A stretch of 64,000 nt of DNA from Spirochaetota bacterium (GTDB taxonomy: Bacteria > Spirochaetota > UBA4802 > UBA5550): contig OY760686.1 in NCBI GenBank assembly GCA_963663865.1, forward strand, positions 2,368,001-2,432,000. The letters are read 5' to 3'. The notes beneath the pieces are model-generated. The model made no database searches and was not told the origin of the DNA. It saw only the letters and a program-made list of their open reading frames with translations. The position numbers and the translations under genes are program-made. Each line of letters begins with the position of its first letter. The first letter of the stretch is position 1. Of the stretch, positions 8,624 through 18,917 are shown one piece after another.

Positions 8624-10882
8624 ATGCCCGTCGACCACATAAAAATGCTCTGCGACATAAGCGACCTCAACAGCCTCCTCAGTGAAAAGACCTTCACTGA
8701 CTGCCTTCAAAAGGCCGTAGAGATGGTGTCCAGCCATATGAAAGCGGACATCTGCTCCATTTACCTCTACGACGAAGCCTACAACGTATTAACACTCAAG
8801 GCCACAAAGGGACTGAGCACGGACTCTGTGAACAGGATCAAGCTCAAACCCGGCGAAGGGATTGCCGGAACAGCACTGGTTGAGATGCGGTCTATCGCTG
8901 AAGTAAATGCCCGCACAAATCCCAGCTTCAAATCATACCCCGATTCAGGAGAGGCCGGTTTTGACGCGTACCTGGCGGTTCCGATTCTCCGCGGGCGTTT
9001 TAAAATCGGAGTGCTTGTCGTTCAACGCGATTCCAGCAGACCCTTCGTGGAACACGACATAATGGCGCTGCAGGCAACAGCCTCGCAGCTCGCGGCCATG
9101 CTCGAGCACATTAATCTTCTCATGATAACGGACACGGCTTCATCAAAAAGGCACGGAGCGTCCAGGTCAGGGACTTCGTCTTACAGGTTCGTCAAAGCCA
9201 AGTCTGCCTCTGAAGGCATCAAGTTTGCCCCGGCAGTCATCAAAAACGGCGTCAGAAGGCACGGTCCGGCTCTATTTAAAGGCTCGGGTTCCAGGCACAC
9301 GCTTGAAGAATTTGAAAACGCGGCCAGATCAACCGAAAGTCAGCTTGAGGATCTGCAAAAAAAGGTTGAGGAGAAGCTTTCAGACGCTGCCTCTCTCATT
9401 TTTGCTTCACACATACTCATGCTAAAAGACGAGGCTTTTCTCGGAGGAATGCGCCGCCTCATTGAAGGCGGTACGGAACCTGTTAAGGCAGTTATCGCTG
9501 TTTTTGAAAAATACAAGCGCATATTCTCACAGAGTCCCAATCACCTCATACGCGAAAAGGTACAGGACATTGAGGATCTGACCGTAAGGCTTCTCGACAA
9601 TCTGACCCAGTCCGAAACGGAAGAAACTGCCTATGAAGGCAAAATTGTCATAGCTTCCGAGCTGTTTCCCTCAGACCTGCTCAAGCTCTCCGCTGAAGGT
9701 ATAGCCGGGGCTGTCCTGGTGAGCGGAGGCGTAACCTCTCATGTGGGCATTCTCGCCCGCTCGCTCCGTCTGCCGCTCGTGATAGTTGATGAACCTGACC
9801 TCATGAACCTTCCGGGCGACACCCCGATCCTGCTTGACGCTGATATGGGCAACATCTACCTGAATCCCGGAGTGGACATTCTCGACCGATTCAGTGGAAG
9901 GTTGAAAGAAAAGACAGGAGCGGATTCTGCAATAGACATTATCCCCGGTTCCTGCTTTACCGCTGACGGCACAAGGGTTTACATAAGGCTGAATATCAAC
10001 CTCCTGTCAGACCTCAGTCAGCTGAATATTGATGATTTTGACGGCGTCGGGCTCTACCGGACCGAGTTCCCGTTTATGATTCGCAACGGCTTCCCCTCTG
10101 AGGAGGAGCAGTTCTTCATCTACAAAAAGCTCATCGACGGACTTGATGGAAGACCGGCTACAATCCGCACGCTGGACATAGGCGGAGACAAGGTACTCTC
10201 CTACTACGATCTCCAGAAAGAGGATAATCCCTTCCTTGGCATGAGATCAGTAAGATTTTCTCTTGCACATATCGACATATTCAAGCAGCAGATCAGGGCA
10301 ATTCTAAGAGCAGGCCACGGCTCCGACCTGAGGATAATGTTCCCGATGATTTCATCGCTCGACGAATACCTCAGAGCGCGCAACGTAGTTGAAAGCTGCA
10401 TGGATGAGCTTTCCGCGAACTCATACCAGTTCAACACCTCTCCCAAAATAGGCATGATGATTGAGATTCCTTCACTCATCGGGATTATCGACGAAATGGC
10501 TGCTGAAACAGACTTCATGTCGATAGGCACAAACGACCTGATTCAGTACACAATAGCCGTAGACAGAACCAACGAAAAGGTCTCGGATATGTATCTCCCG
10601 CATCATCCTTCAATACTTCGTTCCATAGCCCGCATATCCGAGGCATGCAGCAGAGCCGGAATAGAGGTGTCTGTATGCGGAGATATGGCAAACCGTGAGA
10701 AATACATTCCCTTTCTCCTTGGCGTGGGGATAAGCTCGCTCAGCATGGATGCTGTCTATATTCCGAGAATAAAAAAAGAAGTAGGCACGCTTTCCATGAA
10801 AGAATGCGCCAGAATTGCCGAAAGACTCCTGTCGACCGGCAGAATATCTGAAATTGAGAGCATCTTAAACGGAACGGTTTAA
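8624..10882 (+). CDS. ptsP: PEP-protein phosphotransferase with N-terminal GAF domain (enzyme I-Ntr type)
   Basis: GAF (CSIYLYD, GEGIAG), phospho-His motif GGVTSHVGILARS, GLYRTEF, SIGTNDLIQY, VCGDMA; ATG 8624 follows AGGAGG. Confidence 0.9.
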   Translation: MPVDHIKMLCDISDLNSLLSEKTFTDCLQKAVEMVSSHMKADICSIYLYDEAYNVLTLKATKGLSTDSVNRIKLKPGEGIAGTALVEMRSIAEVNARTNPSFKSYPDSGEAGFDAYLAVPILRGRFKIGVLVVQRDSSRPFVEHDIMALQATASQLAAMLEHINLLMITDTASSKRHGASRSGTSSYRFVKAKSASEGIKFAPAVIKNGVRRHGPALFKGSGSRHTLEEFENAARSTESQLEDLQKKVEEKLSDAASLIFASHILMLKDEAFLGGMRRLIEGGTEPVKAVIAVFEKYKRIFSQSPNHLIREKVQDIEDLTVRLLDNLTQSETEETAYEGKIVIASELFPSDLLKLSAEGIAGAVLVSGGVTSHVGILARSLRLPLVIVDEPDLMNLPGDTPILLDADMGNIYLNPGVDILDRFSGRLKEKTGADSAIDIIPGSCFTADGTRVYIRLNINLLSDLSQLNIDDFDGVGLYRTEFPFMIRNGFPSEEEQFFIYKKLIDGLDGRPATIRTLDIGGDKVLSYYDLQKEDNPFLGMRSVRFSLAHIDIFKQQIRAILRAGHGSDLRIMFPMISSLDEYLRARNVVESCMDELSANSYQFNTSPKIGMMIEIPSLIGIIDEMAAETDFMSIGTNDLIQYTIAVDRTNEKVSDMYLPHHPSILRSIARISEACSRAGIEVSVCGDMANREKYIPFLLGVGISSLSMDAVYIPRIKKEVGTLSMKECARIAERLLSTGRISEIESILNGTV

Positions 10883-10909
10883 CCGCGCCATTCGCCCCCC
10901 CTTTTTACC

Positions 10910-10938
10910 TTGACCACTGTGTAACTATATGCCATAAT
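10910..10938 (+). promoter_or_regulatory. Sigma70-type promoter of the GH15-otsAB operon
   Basis: TTGACC-N17-CATAAT with an extended-10 TG. Confidence 0.55.
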
Positions 10939-11019
10939 CAGGCACATAGTTGTTACGTACATGCGTTTTGATATCCACAGGTATCAGGAAGAAACAGCTT
11001 AAAGACAACGTCACGAGGT

Positions 11020-12804
11020 TTGAACATGAGAAAAGACCCCAAGTACTCTATGGGGATAGTAGGGAACTGCTCTTACATCGCCTATATTGACACAAATGCA
11101 GGCGTTAGATGGATGTGTATGCCCCGTTTTGATTCCAGTTTTGTATTCGGTTCACTTTTGGACAAGGAAAAGGGTGGAGAATTCAGCGTGAGGCCCGCGG
11201 GCAAGGGTTACACCTCGACACAGAGATATATGCCCAACACGAATATTCTGATAACCGAGTTTAAAACAAACGACGGACGTTTCAGGGTAATTGACTGTGC
11301 TCCGCGTTTCAGACAAAACGACCGCTACTTCAAACCCCTCATGCTCTTCAGAAAGATAGAGCTCCTTGAGGGCTCACCAGTCATCACTGTAAAATGCAGA
11401 CCCGTCGGAGAATACGGCTACACTGAGTCCGAAGCCGTCATGGGAAGCAACCATATACGCTACCTTAACCTTGCCGACATGGTACGACTTACCGCTAATG
11501 TCCCGCTGAACTACATAATTGAGGAAAAGCCCTTTGTCCTCAACGAAGACTCCTATCTCGCCTTCACCTATGGGCTCCCGCTTGAAGCCCCGCTTGCAGA
11601 AACCGCCGATATCTTTATTAAAAAAACCGCTGAATACTGGCGTTCATGGATAAAGTCGACCTCTATACCGGGTATCTTCCAGGAAGAGGTCATCAGATCG
11701 GCCCTCGTTCTGAAGCTTCACCAGTATGAAGACACTGGAGCAGTAATAGCAGCGGGAACGACGAGCCTTCCTGAACACGAAGGATCGGGCAGGAACTGGG
11801 ATTACCGCTATTGCTGGATGCGCGATACCTATTACACCCTGAACGCTTTCAACAACATCGGACACTTTGAAGAGCTTGAACGCTATTTTGAGTTCATCAG
11901 AAACGTCATGATGAACGAAAACGAGTACATCAGCCCGCTCTACACCGTCCTGGGAGAGAGGGTTCCTTCGGAAAAATACCTCAACCTCTATGGTTTTCAC
12001 GGCAACACGCCCGTCAGGATTGGAAACAACGCCAATGGCCAGATACAGAATGACGTATACGGACAGATTCTCGTGAGCCTGCTTCCGCTGTTTGTGGACA
12101 GAAGACTGAGCCTTCCAAGGGGAGCATCGCCCGAACCGGTCGTTTCCTGGCTTCTCGCCCGCATCGAAAAGACCATGGACTCATACGATTCCGGCCTATG
12201 GGAATTCGGCGTAACAAAGCAGCAGCACCTCTACACCTATCTATTTCACTGGGCAGGCTGCATGGCTGGAATAAGGATAGGCAACATGCTTACAGACTCA
12301 ACCATAAGCGAGAAATCAGCAGCCCTTGCTCAGAAGGCGCGCGATTACATTGAAAAATGCTACGACGAAAAAAGAGGCGTTTACACCCAGGCGGTCGGAA
12401 GCGCTCATCTCGACGCCAGCTCCCTTCAGCTTGTTACCATGAACTATCTCGACCCGTCTTCAGACAGAGCTATCGCTCACATCAATGCCCACGAGGAGGA
12501 GCTGTTCTCTGAAAGGGGGCTTTACTTCAGATATAAAAGCGACGACATCGGAAAGCAGGAGACATCATTTATAATATGCGGCTTCTGGTTCGCGGAAGCT
12601 CTCGCGGCTGCCGGAAAGCTCGAAAAATCGCACGGTGTAATCAGCGAGCTTCTAAGCTGCAGCAATCACCTGGGGCTTTTCAGCGAAGACGGGGACTCGA
12701 GCTGCGGGCAGTGGGGAAACTTTCCGCAGACATACAGTCACGTCGGGCTTGTAAATGCCGTTTACAGACTGGCGAAGAAACTCGATATGCCGATTTTCTT
12801 CTGA
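11020..12804 (+). CDS. Glycoside hydrolase family 15 (trehalase/glucoamylase-like)
   Basis: AAGTTSLPE, RNWDYRYCWMRD, DSGLWE, GNFPQTYSH motifs. Confidence 0.9.
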   Translation: MNMRKDPKYSMGIVGNCSYIAYIDTNAGVRWMCMPRFDSSFVFGSLLDKEKGGEFSVRPAGKGYTSTQRYMPNTNILITEFKTNDGRFRVIDCAPRFRQNDRYFKPLMLFRKIELLEGSPVITVKCRPVGEYGYTESEAVMGSNHIRYLNLADMVRLTANVPLNYIIEEKPFVLNEDSYLAFTYGLPLEAPLAETADIFIKKTAEYWRSWIKSTSIPGIFQEEVIRSALVLKLHQYEDTGAVIAAGTTSLPEHEGSGRNWDYRYCWMRDTYYTLNAFNNIGHFEELERYFEFIRNVMMNENEYISPLYTVLGERVPSEKYLNLYGFHGNTPVRIGNNANGQIQNDVYGQILVSLLPLFVDRRLSLPRGASPEPVVSWLLARIEKTMDSYDSGLWEFGVTKQQHLYTYLFHWAGCMAGIRIGNMLTDSTISEKSAALAQKARDYIEKCYDEKRGVYTQAVGSAHLDASSLQLVTMNYLDPSSDRAIAHINAHEEELFSERGLYFRYKSDDIGKQETSFIICGFWFAEALAAAGKLEKSHGVISELLSCSNHLGLFSEDGDSSCGQWGNFPQTYSHVGLVNAVYRLAKKLDMPIFF

Positions 12805-12832
12805 CAGTTCATGCTTTGAAAGGAGATGAGAT

Positions 12833-15043
12833 ATGCCAAAATCCAGGCAATTCAAATACAACCGGCTCATAATCGCGGCCTACAGGCTTCCATTTAAGCT
12901 CGTCAAGAGAAAGGATTCATTCAAGGCGGTGCAGAACGCCGGAGGCCTGGTTTCCGCAATCTTCGCTCTCTCGAAAAAAATGAGCGCCTCAAACAGCATG
13001 TCATCCAAGATAATCTGGATAGGCGAAGGCGATCCCAGGCTCGCTGATGATACCAGCACAGAGTTCCAGCTTCTGCCGGTCAATATCCCCGATAAAATGA
13101 ATGAAAAGTTCTACAGCGGATTCTGCAATAAAACGATATGGCCTCTCTTCCACTACTTCACCTCAATTTCGCGTTTTGACTCGTCGTTCTACGAGGAGTA
13201 CCGCAACGCGAACGCTATTTACTACGAAGAGCTGAAAAAAATCATTCAGCCCGGCGACTTTATCTGGGTCCACGATTACCATCTTTTCTTTCTGCCCGAA
13301 ATGATCAGAAAGGATTTTCCTGAACAGGACATCGGCTTTTTTCTTCACATCCCATTCCCATCCTTTGAGGTTTTCAGGATAATGCCGAGAGAATGGAGGC
13401 GCGGTATAATCAATGGTATGCTCGGCTCTGATTTGATCGGCTTTCACACGAACGATTACGCTCAGCATTTTCTCAAATCTGTAAGGCGGACACTGGGTTA
13501 CGACATAAGAGATAACTACATCCGTTACGAGGACAGGCTTATACGGGCTGATGCGTTTCCTATAGGCATTGATTACCAGAAATTCCACAGCGCGACCGCC
13601 GCAAAAGCCGTCGGCAGAGAGAAAGAAAAACTGTTGAAACAGCTTTCGGGGAAAAAACTTATTTTCTCTGTTGACCGCCTCGATTACACGAAGGGACTGC
13701 TCACCAGACTCCTTGCTTATGAGCGCTTTCTCGAAAAACACAGTGAATGGCACGAAAAAACTGTTTTCAATATGGTTGTCGTTCCCTCCAGAGATAACAT
13801 TGACAGATACAAAAAAATCAAGAGAGAGATTGATGAAAATGTCGGGCGCATAAACGGCCGTTTCAGCACCATCTCGTGGAGACCGATCATCTATCAGTAC
13901 AAGTCGCTGAGCTTCAATGAGCTTGTTGCACTTTACAATCTCAGCGATGTCGGGCTGATTACACCTATCCGTGACGGAATGAATCTTGTCGCGAAGGAGT
14001 ATATCGCCTGCCAGACAGACGATCCCGGAATGCTCATACTCTCGGAGATGGCCGGCGCAGCTGCCGAGTTGACCGAGTCAATGATAATCTCGCCATACGA
14101 CATTGAGGAAACAGCCGACACTGTCCATGAGGCCCTCAAGCTCAGCGGAAACGACAAAAGCTCCAGAATATCCATCATGCAGAACCGTATCAGCCGCTAC
14201 AACGTATTCACATGGGCGATGCACTTTTTCAACCAGGCAGGCGAAGTAAGAATGGCGCAGAAGAAACTCAGTGTAACATATCTAAACAAAGAAAAAATAT
14301 CTGAGATGAGAAAAATGTACTCATCCTCATCAAAGCGAATATTCTTTATTGACTATGACGGAACATTAGTCCCCCTCGAGAAATATCCCGAAAGGGCGGC
14401 AATAAACGCCTCCGCCGTAAAGACCGTCGAGTTCCTTTCCTCTGACCCTCTCAACAGGGTAATAGTCATCAGCGGCCGGGAAGCAGCCTTTCTGGAAAAA
14501 CAGTTTAAGAACATGAATGTAACCCTCGTCGCGGAACACGGCTATCTGACACGGGAACCCGGACAGGAGTGGACGGCTCAGAAAAGGGACATCAACCTCG
14601 GATGGAAGGACAAGATAATGCCCCTTTTGAATGAATATGTAGACAGGCTTAACGGCACTTTCATTGAAGAAAAGAAAGCCTCTTTAGCCTATCACTACAG
14701 GAACGCCGATCCTGACTACGCTTCAATACGGATAAACGATCTCAAATTTGATCTGGCGGATATCCTCAAGGATGAACCAAAGCTTCAGCTTATTGAAGGC
14801 CATAAAGTCGTCGAGATCAAGAGCGTTCTCTACGACAAGGGAACTGCGGCAGCGTCCTTTCTCAAGCGGGGCGAATACGATTTCATCTTTGCGGCAGGCG
14901 ATGACAGAACCGATGAGGACATGTTCGCGGTAATGCCTGAAAACGCTGTTACGCTGAAAATCGGGGCTGATCCTTCAAACGCCAGGTTTAATCTGAAGAA
15001 TCAGGCTGAGGTTTACGGCTTTTTTAGTATGCTCGCGGAGTAA
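12833..15043 (+). CDS. otsAB: Bifunctional trehalose-6-phosphate synthase/phosphatase
   Basis: GT20 motifs WVHDYHL, FLHIPFP, DRLDYTKG, DGMNLVAKEY; C-terminal HAD domain DYDGTL and GDDRTDED. Confidence 0.92.
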   Translation: MPKSRQFKYNRLIIAAYRLPFKLVKRKDSFKAVQNAGGLVSAIFALSKKMSASNSMSSKIIWIGEGDPRLADDTSTEFQLLPVNIPDKMNEKFYSGFCNKTIWPLFHYFTSISRFDSSFYEEYRNANAIYYEELKKIIQPGDFIWVHDYHLFFLPEMIRKDFPEQDIGFFLHIPFPSFEVFRIMPREWRRGIINGMLGSDLIGFHTNDYAQHFLKSVRRTLGYDIRDNYIRYEDRLIRADAFPIGIDYQKFHSATAAKAVGREKEKLLKQLSGKKLIFSVDRLDYTKGLLTRLLAYERFLEKHSEWHEKTVFNMVVVPSRDNIDRYKKIKREIDENVGRINGRFSTISWRPIIYQYKSLSFNELVALYNLSDVGLITPIRDGMNLVAKEYIACQTDDPGMLILSEMAGAAAELTESMIISPYDIEETADTVHEALKLSGNDKSSRISIMQNRISRYNVFTWAMHFFNQAGEVRMAQKKLSVTYLNKEKISEMRKMYSSSSKRIFFIDYDGTLVPLEKYPERAAINASAVKTVEFLSSDPLNRVIVISGREAAFLEKQFKNMNVTLVAEHGYLTREPGQEWTAQKRDINLGWKDKIMPLLNEYVDRLNGTFIEEKKASLAYHYRNADPDYASIRINDLKFDLADILKDEPKLQLIEGHKVVEIKSVLYDKGTAAASFLKRGEYDFIFAAGDDRTDEDMFAVMPENAVTLKIGADPSNARFNLKNQAEVYGFFSMLAE

Positions 15044-15066
15044 ACCCCCTTCAGGCTGTACTAAAC

Positions 15067-15093
15067 ACGTCTCCGCGCGACCCGCGGAGACGT
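15067..15093 (+). terminator. GC-rich hairpin after otsAB
   Basis: acgtctccgcg-cgacc-cgcggagacgt (11-bp stem); weak U-tract. Confidence 0.55.
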
Positions 15094-15276
15094 AATCTGC
15101 GTGCGAGTGTCAATCTTCATCTGTTTTTTCCTTGCCTAATATACAGCTGAATCAATATTTATCCTGACAACCTGGTCAACTACCGGGCACAGCAGGGAGC
15201 AGCGCGTCTTTTAACTGTTTTTCCGGATACGCTAGGTCAGAATACTATAAAACAATTGTTCCCGGTCACGGTTTAA

Positions 15277-16512
15277 ATGAAAACATCAAAAACACCTGAA
15301 ATCCTCTCGCCGGCAGGAAGCCTTGAGAAACTAAAGTTCGCGGTCCACTACGGCGCTGACTCAGTCTACCTGGGAGGAGAGGCCTTTAACCTGCGTTCAA
15401 GGGCCGGAAACTTCACCGAGGCCGAACTGGAAGAGGCCTCCGAGTTCTGCAGACAGCGGGGAGTAAAAACCGTGTTTCTCATGAACGCCTTCCTGCATGA
15501 AGATGACCTCGATATGGTCAGAACCTATATCAGCTCTGTGAAAAAATTCCGCTTTGACGCTGTAATGGTATCTGATCCCGGAATGCTTTACATGCTCCGT
15601 GACGAAGGCATCGAAAGCGAGATTCACCTGTCCACCCAGATGAACACTCTCAACCACCTCGCTGTAAGGTTCTGGCAGGAAGCCGGTTTCTCAAGGATAG
15701 TCCTGGCCAGGGAAACCACGCTTGATGAAATAAAAAAAATCAGGGAGCACACTGACATCGAACTTGAGGCATTCATCCACGGGGCGCTGTGCGTCGCCTA
15801 CTCCGGGAGATGTTTGCTCAGCCGCTACATGACCGGCAGAGACGCCAATCAGGGAGACTGTGTTCAGCCCTGCCGCTGGAACTACGCGCTCGTAGAGGTA
15901 AAACGCCCGGGAAACTATCTTGACATTCGTGAGCACGCGAGAGGAACCGAGATTCTTTCGTCAAAGGACCTCTGCCTCATTGAGCACCTCGATGAATACA
16001 CCTCCGCTGGAGTAGATGTATTCAAGATTGAGGGCCGCATTAAATCCATCTATCACGCGGCTAACACAACAAGAATATACCGCGACGCGAGGGACAGCAT
16101 TGGAACCGACCGGTTCAAGGCGGACATGCCGTTCCGCCTTTCAGAGCTTGACCTTGTCAGCCACCGGCCCTATACCGACAACCTTTTCAATGAGTTCAAC
16201 GGCATGGAGTTTACAGGGATTCCCTATGTGAACAAAACACTTTTCATGGGCTGTAAAACCGGTACCGGATTAGATAAACGTGAGGCTGAAATCAAGGTCT
16301 TCAATCCCATAAGGCCCGGCGATACGATGGACGCCATTTTCCCGATTCACAGCGGGGTCGTAAGGGACAGGGCTTTCTCTGTGCTTAAAATTACTGACAG
16401 TGAAGGCGAAGATGTTTCCATAGCCATTCCCGGTAAAACATACAATATCAAATTCGACGCTGACATGGACGATCATGCCATTTTGCGTCAAAGAACAGAT
16501 TCTGACAGATAA
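15277..16512 (+). CDS. Peptidase U32 family Fe-S protein (TrhP/YegQ-like tRNA hydroxylation protein)
   Basis: PEILSPAG, HLSTQ, HGALCVAYSGRC, CVQPCR, KIEGR. Confidence 0.85.
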   Translation: MKTSKTPEILSPAGSLEKLKFAVHYGADSVYLGGEAFNLRSRAGNFTEAELEEASEFCRQRGVKTVFLMNAFLHEDDLDMVRTYISSVKKFRFDAVMVSDPGMLYMLRDEGIESEIHLSTQMNTLNHLAVRFWQEAGFSRIVLARETTLDEIKKIREHTDIELEAFIHGALCVAYSGRCLLSRYMTGRDANQGDCVQPCRWNYALVEVKRPGNYLDIREHARGTEILSSKDLCLIEHLDEYTSAGVDVFKIEGRIKSIYHAANTTRIYRDARDSIGTDRFKADMPFRLSELDLVSHRPYTDNLFNEFNGMEFTGIPYVNKTLFMGCKTGTGLDKREAEIKVFNPIRPGDTMDAIFPIHSGVVRDRAFSVLKITDSEGEDVSIAIPGKTYNIKFDADMDDHAILRQRTDSDR

Positions 16513-16521
16513 GGAGATACC

Positions 16522-17769
16522 ATGATTCATAAAGCGCCCGGCGTTGAGGATATATTCCCGGATAAAATCGACAGATGGAACCTTGTTCAGAACACAGCCC
16601 GCGAAGTCTTCAAAAGATACAACTACAGGGAGATAATATTCCCGATAATGGAATATACCGAGGTATTTTCACGAGGCCTCGGCGACGAAACGGATATTGT
16701 TTCCAAGGAGATGTTTACGTTTGAGGACAGGGGCGGCAGAAGCCTCACACTACGGCCTGAAGGCACTGCTTCGGTCGTCAGGGCCTATGTTGAAAACGGG
16801 GAATTCAACCGGCTTGCGATTAACAAGTTTTTCTACTCCGGCTCAATGTTTCGCGCAGAAAGGCCTCAGCGGGGACGCCTTAGACAGTTCAACCAGATAG
16901 GTGCTGAACTCTTCGGAGGGTCAGATCCCTACTATGACTACGAGATTATTGCAATGATCCGCGACATTGCCGACAGCATTGGAATAAAGGACTATACCGT
17001 TCTAATCAACTCAATTGGCTGTCCAGAATGCCGTTCCGGGTATATTTCCAGGCTCAGAGAGTACTACACCGGCAAAGTGGATGAGCTTTGCGCGGACTGC
17101 CGCAAGAGGCTCTCCGGAAACACTTTACGGCTTCTTGACTGCAAGCAGGAAAAATGTGGCATATTGAAATCCGAAGCGCCCCTCATAACAGACTTTCTTG
17201 ACGATGAGTGCAGAGAGCATCATGAGAAGCTTAAATCCTACCTCGACAATGCGGGTATTGCATATCGGGAAGATCCTTATCTTGTCAGGGGGCTTGACTA
17301 CTACAACAGGACAACCTTCGAGTTTGTCTCTGCCGCTCTGGGCGGACAGAACGCATTCGCGGCAGGCGGCCGCTACGACAGCCTCGTTGAACAGTTTGAA
17401 GGCAGTCCGACTCCGTCGGTCGGTTTCGCTGCTGGTGTTGAGCGCATGCTCCTGCTGATTGAAGATAGAGAAGTTGAAAAATCAGGAATTGCCGCCTTCA
17501 TTGTACATACCGGAGGACCCGCGCTTGAGGCCGCCACTGATCTCGCCGCAAAGCTTCGAAGTGCAGGAATTTCAACCGATCTGGACCCGGCATCGAAGGG
17601 ATTCAAAGCGCAGTTCAAGCGTGCCGACCGTGAAAACGCCAGATTTGCTGTTGTAATCGGAGAAGATGAACTTACGGCTAAGAAATACACCGTCAAAGAC
17701 CTCCATTCGGGGGAACAGAAAAATCTCACACAGGAAGAACTTTTTTCGTTTCTGGGGGAATCTCAGTGA
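16522..17769 (+). CDS. hisS: Histidine--tRNA ligase
   Basis: LRPEGTASVVRA, FRAERPQRGRLRQFNQ, LVRGLDYY, GGRYD. Confidence 0.97.
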   Translation: MIHKAPGVEDIFPDKIDRWNLVQNTAREVFKRYNYREIIFPIMEYTEVFSRGLGDETDIVSKEMFTFEDRGGRSLTLRPEGTASVVRAYVENGEFNRLAINKFFYSGSMFRAERPQRGRLRQFNQIGAELFGGSDPYYDYEIIAMIRDIADSIGIKDYTVLINSIGCPECRSGYISRLREYYTGKVDELCADCRKRLSGNTLRLLDCKQEKCGILKSEAPLITDFLDDECREHHEKLKSYLDNAGIAYREDPYLVRGLDYYNRTTFEFVSAALGGQNAFAAGGRYDSLVEQFEGSPTPSVGFAAGVERMLLLIEDREVEKSGIAAFIVHTGGPALEAATDLAAKLRSAGISTDLDPASKGFKAQFKRADRENARFAVVIGEDELTAKKYTVKDLHSGEQKNLTQEELFSFLGESQ

Positions 17770-17776
17770 GATTTTC

Positions 17777-17802
17777 ATATCCCGCTCATGCGAGCGGGAT
17801 AT
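17777..17802. terminator. Hairpin between convergent hisS and lipoprotein genes
   Basis: atatcccgctc-atgc-gagcgggatat perfect 11-bp stem. Confidence 0.7.
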
Positions 17803-17823
17803 TCTGACATCAAATTCAAATTA

Positions 17824-18891
17824 TCACTGATACACCAGAGCATCAACTGAGATTTGATAGCATGCTTCGCCATCACAATCGACATCTGGAACAGTCCATT
17901 CACCGTTTTTGTAATAGCCGCCAATAGTATAAGTGTGACCTTCATCGCCTGATTCATAGTCGTAAGACAAATCAGCAGATATGTATACATCGGTATCTGT
18001 AACAACCAGGGATGTTAGATCAGCATGTCCTGTATAGGTATTTTCCAATGTTATATTTTCGTCCGGGTAATCATAAGGAGTCCATACCGAGTCATGCCAC
18101 AAGCCGGGTGTTAAAAAATCTGCAGATGCAGCGATATATATTCCATTGTTATTTACAACTATTCTATGGCACACCCCTGACCCTGTTTGCAAAGTGTCAA
18201 TTGGTATCCATTCACCATTCTTCCAATAGCCGCCTGAATTGCCGACTTGAGAATTGTAAATACTACCGCATGCATAAATATCGCTGTTATACTTGCATAT
18301 TCCTGTCACACTTCCAGTATATTCAAGGCTGTCGTCGGGGAGAGCGAGAGAAATATATTCACCATTATGGTAGTATGCCGGTTTATTGTTATATCTGCCT
18401 CCGATATAAATATCGCTGGCATCTCCGCAGAATGACCTGACGCTAAAGTTAGTATCAAGTTGTGTTACAGAATCATTCAAAAAGAAATAATTGGGGGAAA
18501 TAATGCCGTAAATATTGTTGTTGCTTGCTGCTATGCCTGTGACACTGCGATGGATATCTTCGTCAAGATATTTCCATTCCCCATTAGTCCAGTATCCGGG
18601 AGTTATAGACTCATCCGAAGAATTGGCCGCTCCTCCTATATACAGATTCGCTCCATCGATTGCAGCACAGTAAACATAAGGACTTGAAGGAGCGGTTGGG
18701 CTTGAATCAGAGAGAGAAAAGAATTCTCCATCATGATACCATCCAGCAGGATCTTCAGAACTGGACTTGTTTAGTATTATATATAGTCCTGAAAGTGGGT
18801 CTTCTGAAGTTTGATTGTTGTTATCGTTATCATCACAGAATATATTTGGAAGCAGTAATGTGATTAGTAGTAATTTTGTAATTGATTTCAT
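17824..18891 (-). CDS. Putative lipoprotein with repeated (G)YWxNGEW motifs (probable beta-propeller)
   Basis: Start moved to ATG 18891 (TGGAG RBS); hydrophobic leader ending NIF-C; repeats GYWTNGEW, YYHNGEY, GYWKNGEW, GYYKNGEW, several preceded by D/N-I/L/V-Y-I/A. Confidence 0.7.
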   Translation of the reverse strand: MKSITKLLLITLLLPNIFCDDNDNNNQTSEDPLSGLYIILNKSSSEDPAGWYHDGEFFSLSDSSPTAPSSPYVYCAAIDGANLYIGGAANSSDESITPGYWTNGEWKYLDEDIHRSVTGIAASNNNIYGIISPNYFFLNDSVTQLDTNFSVRSFCGDASDIYIGGRYNNKPAYYHNGEYISLALPDDSLEYTGSVTGICKYNSDIYACGSIYNSQVGNSGGYWKNGEWIPIDTLQTGSGVCHRIVVNNNGIYIAASADFLTPGLWHDSVWTPYDYPDENITLENTYTGHADLTSLVVTDTDVYISADLSYDYESGDEGHTYTIGGYYKNGEWTVPDVDCDGEACYQISVDALVYQ

Positions 18892-18917
18892 AAGTATTCT
18901 CCAATAAATTCCATTTT

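Noticed and set aside
15162-15242. SRP RNA or T-box
   Set aside because: agcag is present but the CAGG..GNRA domain IV and the T-box consensus are absent
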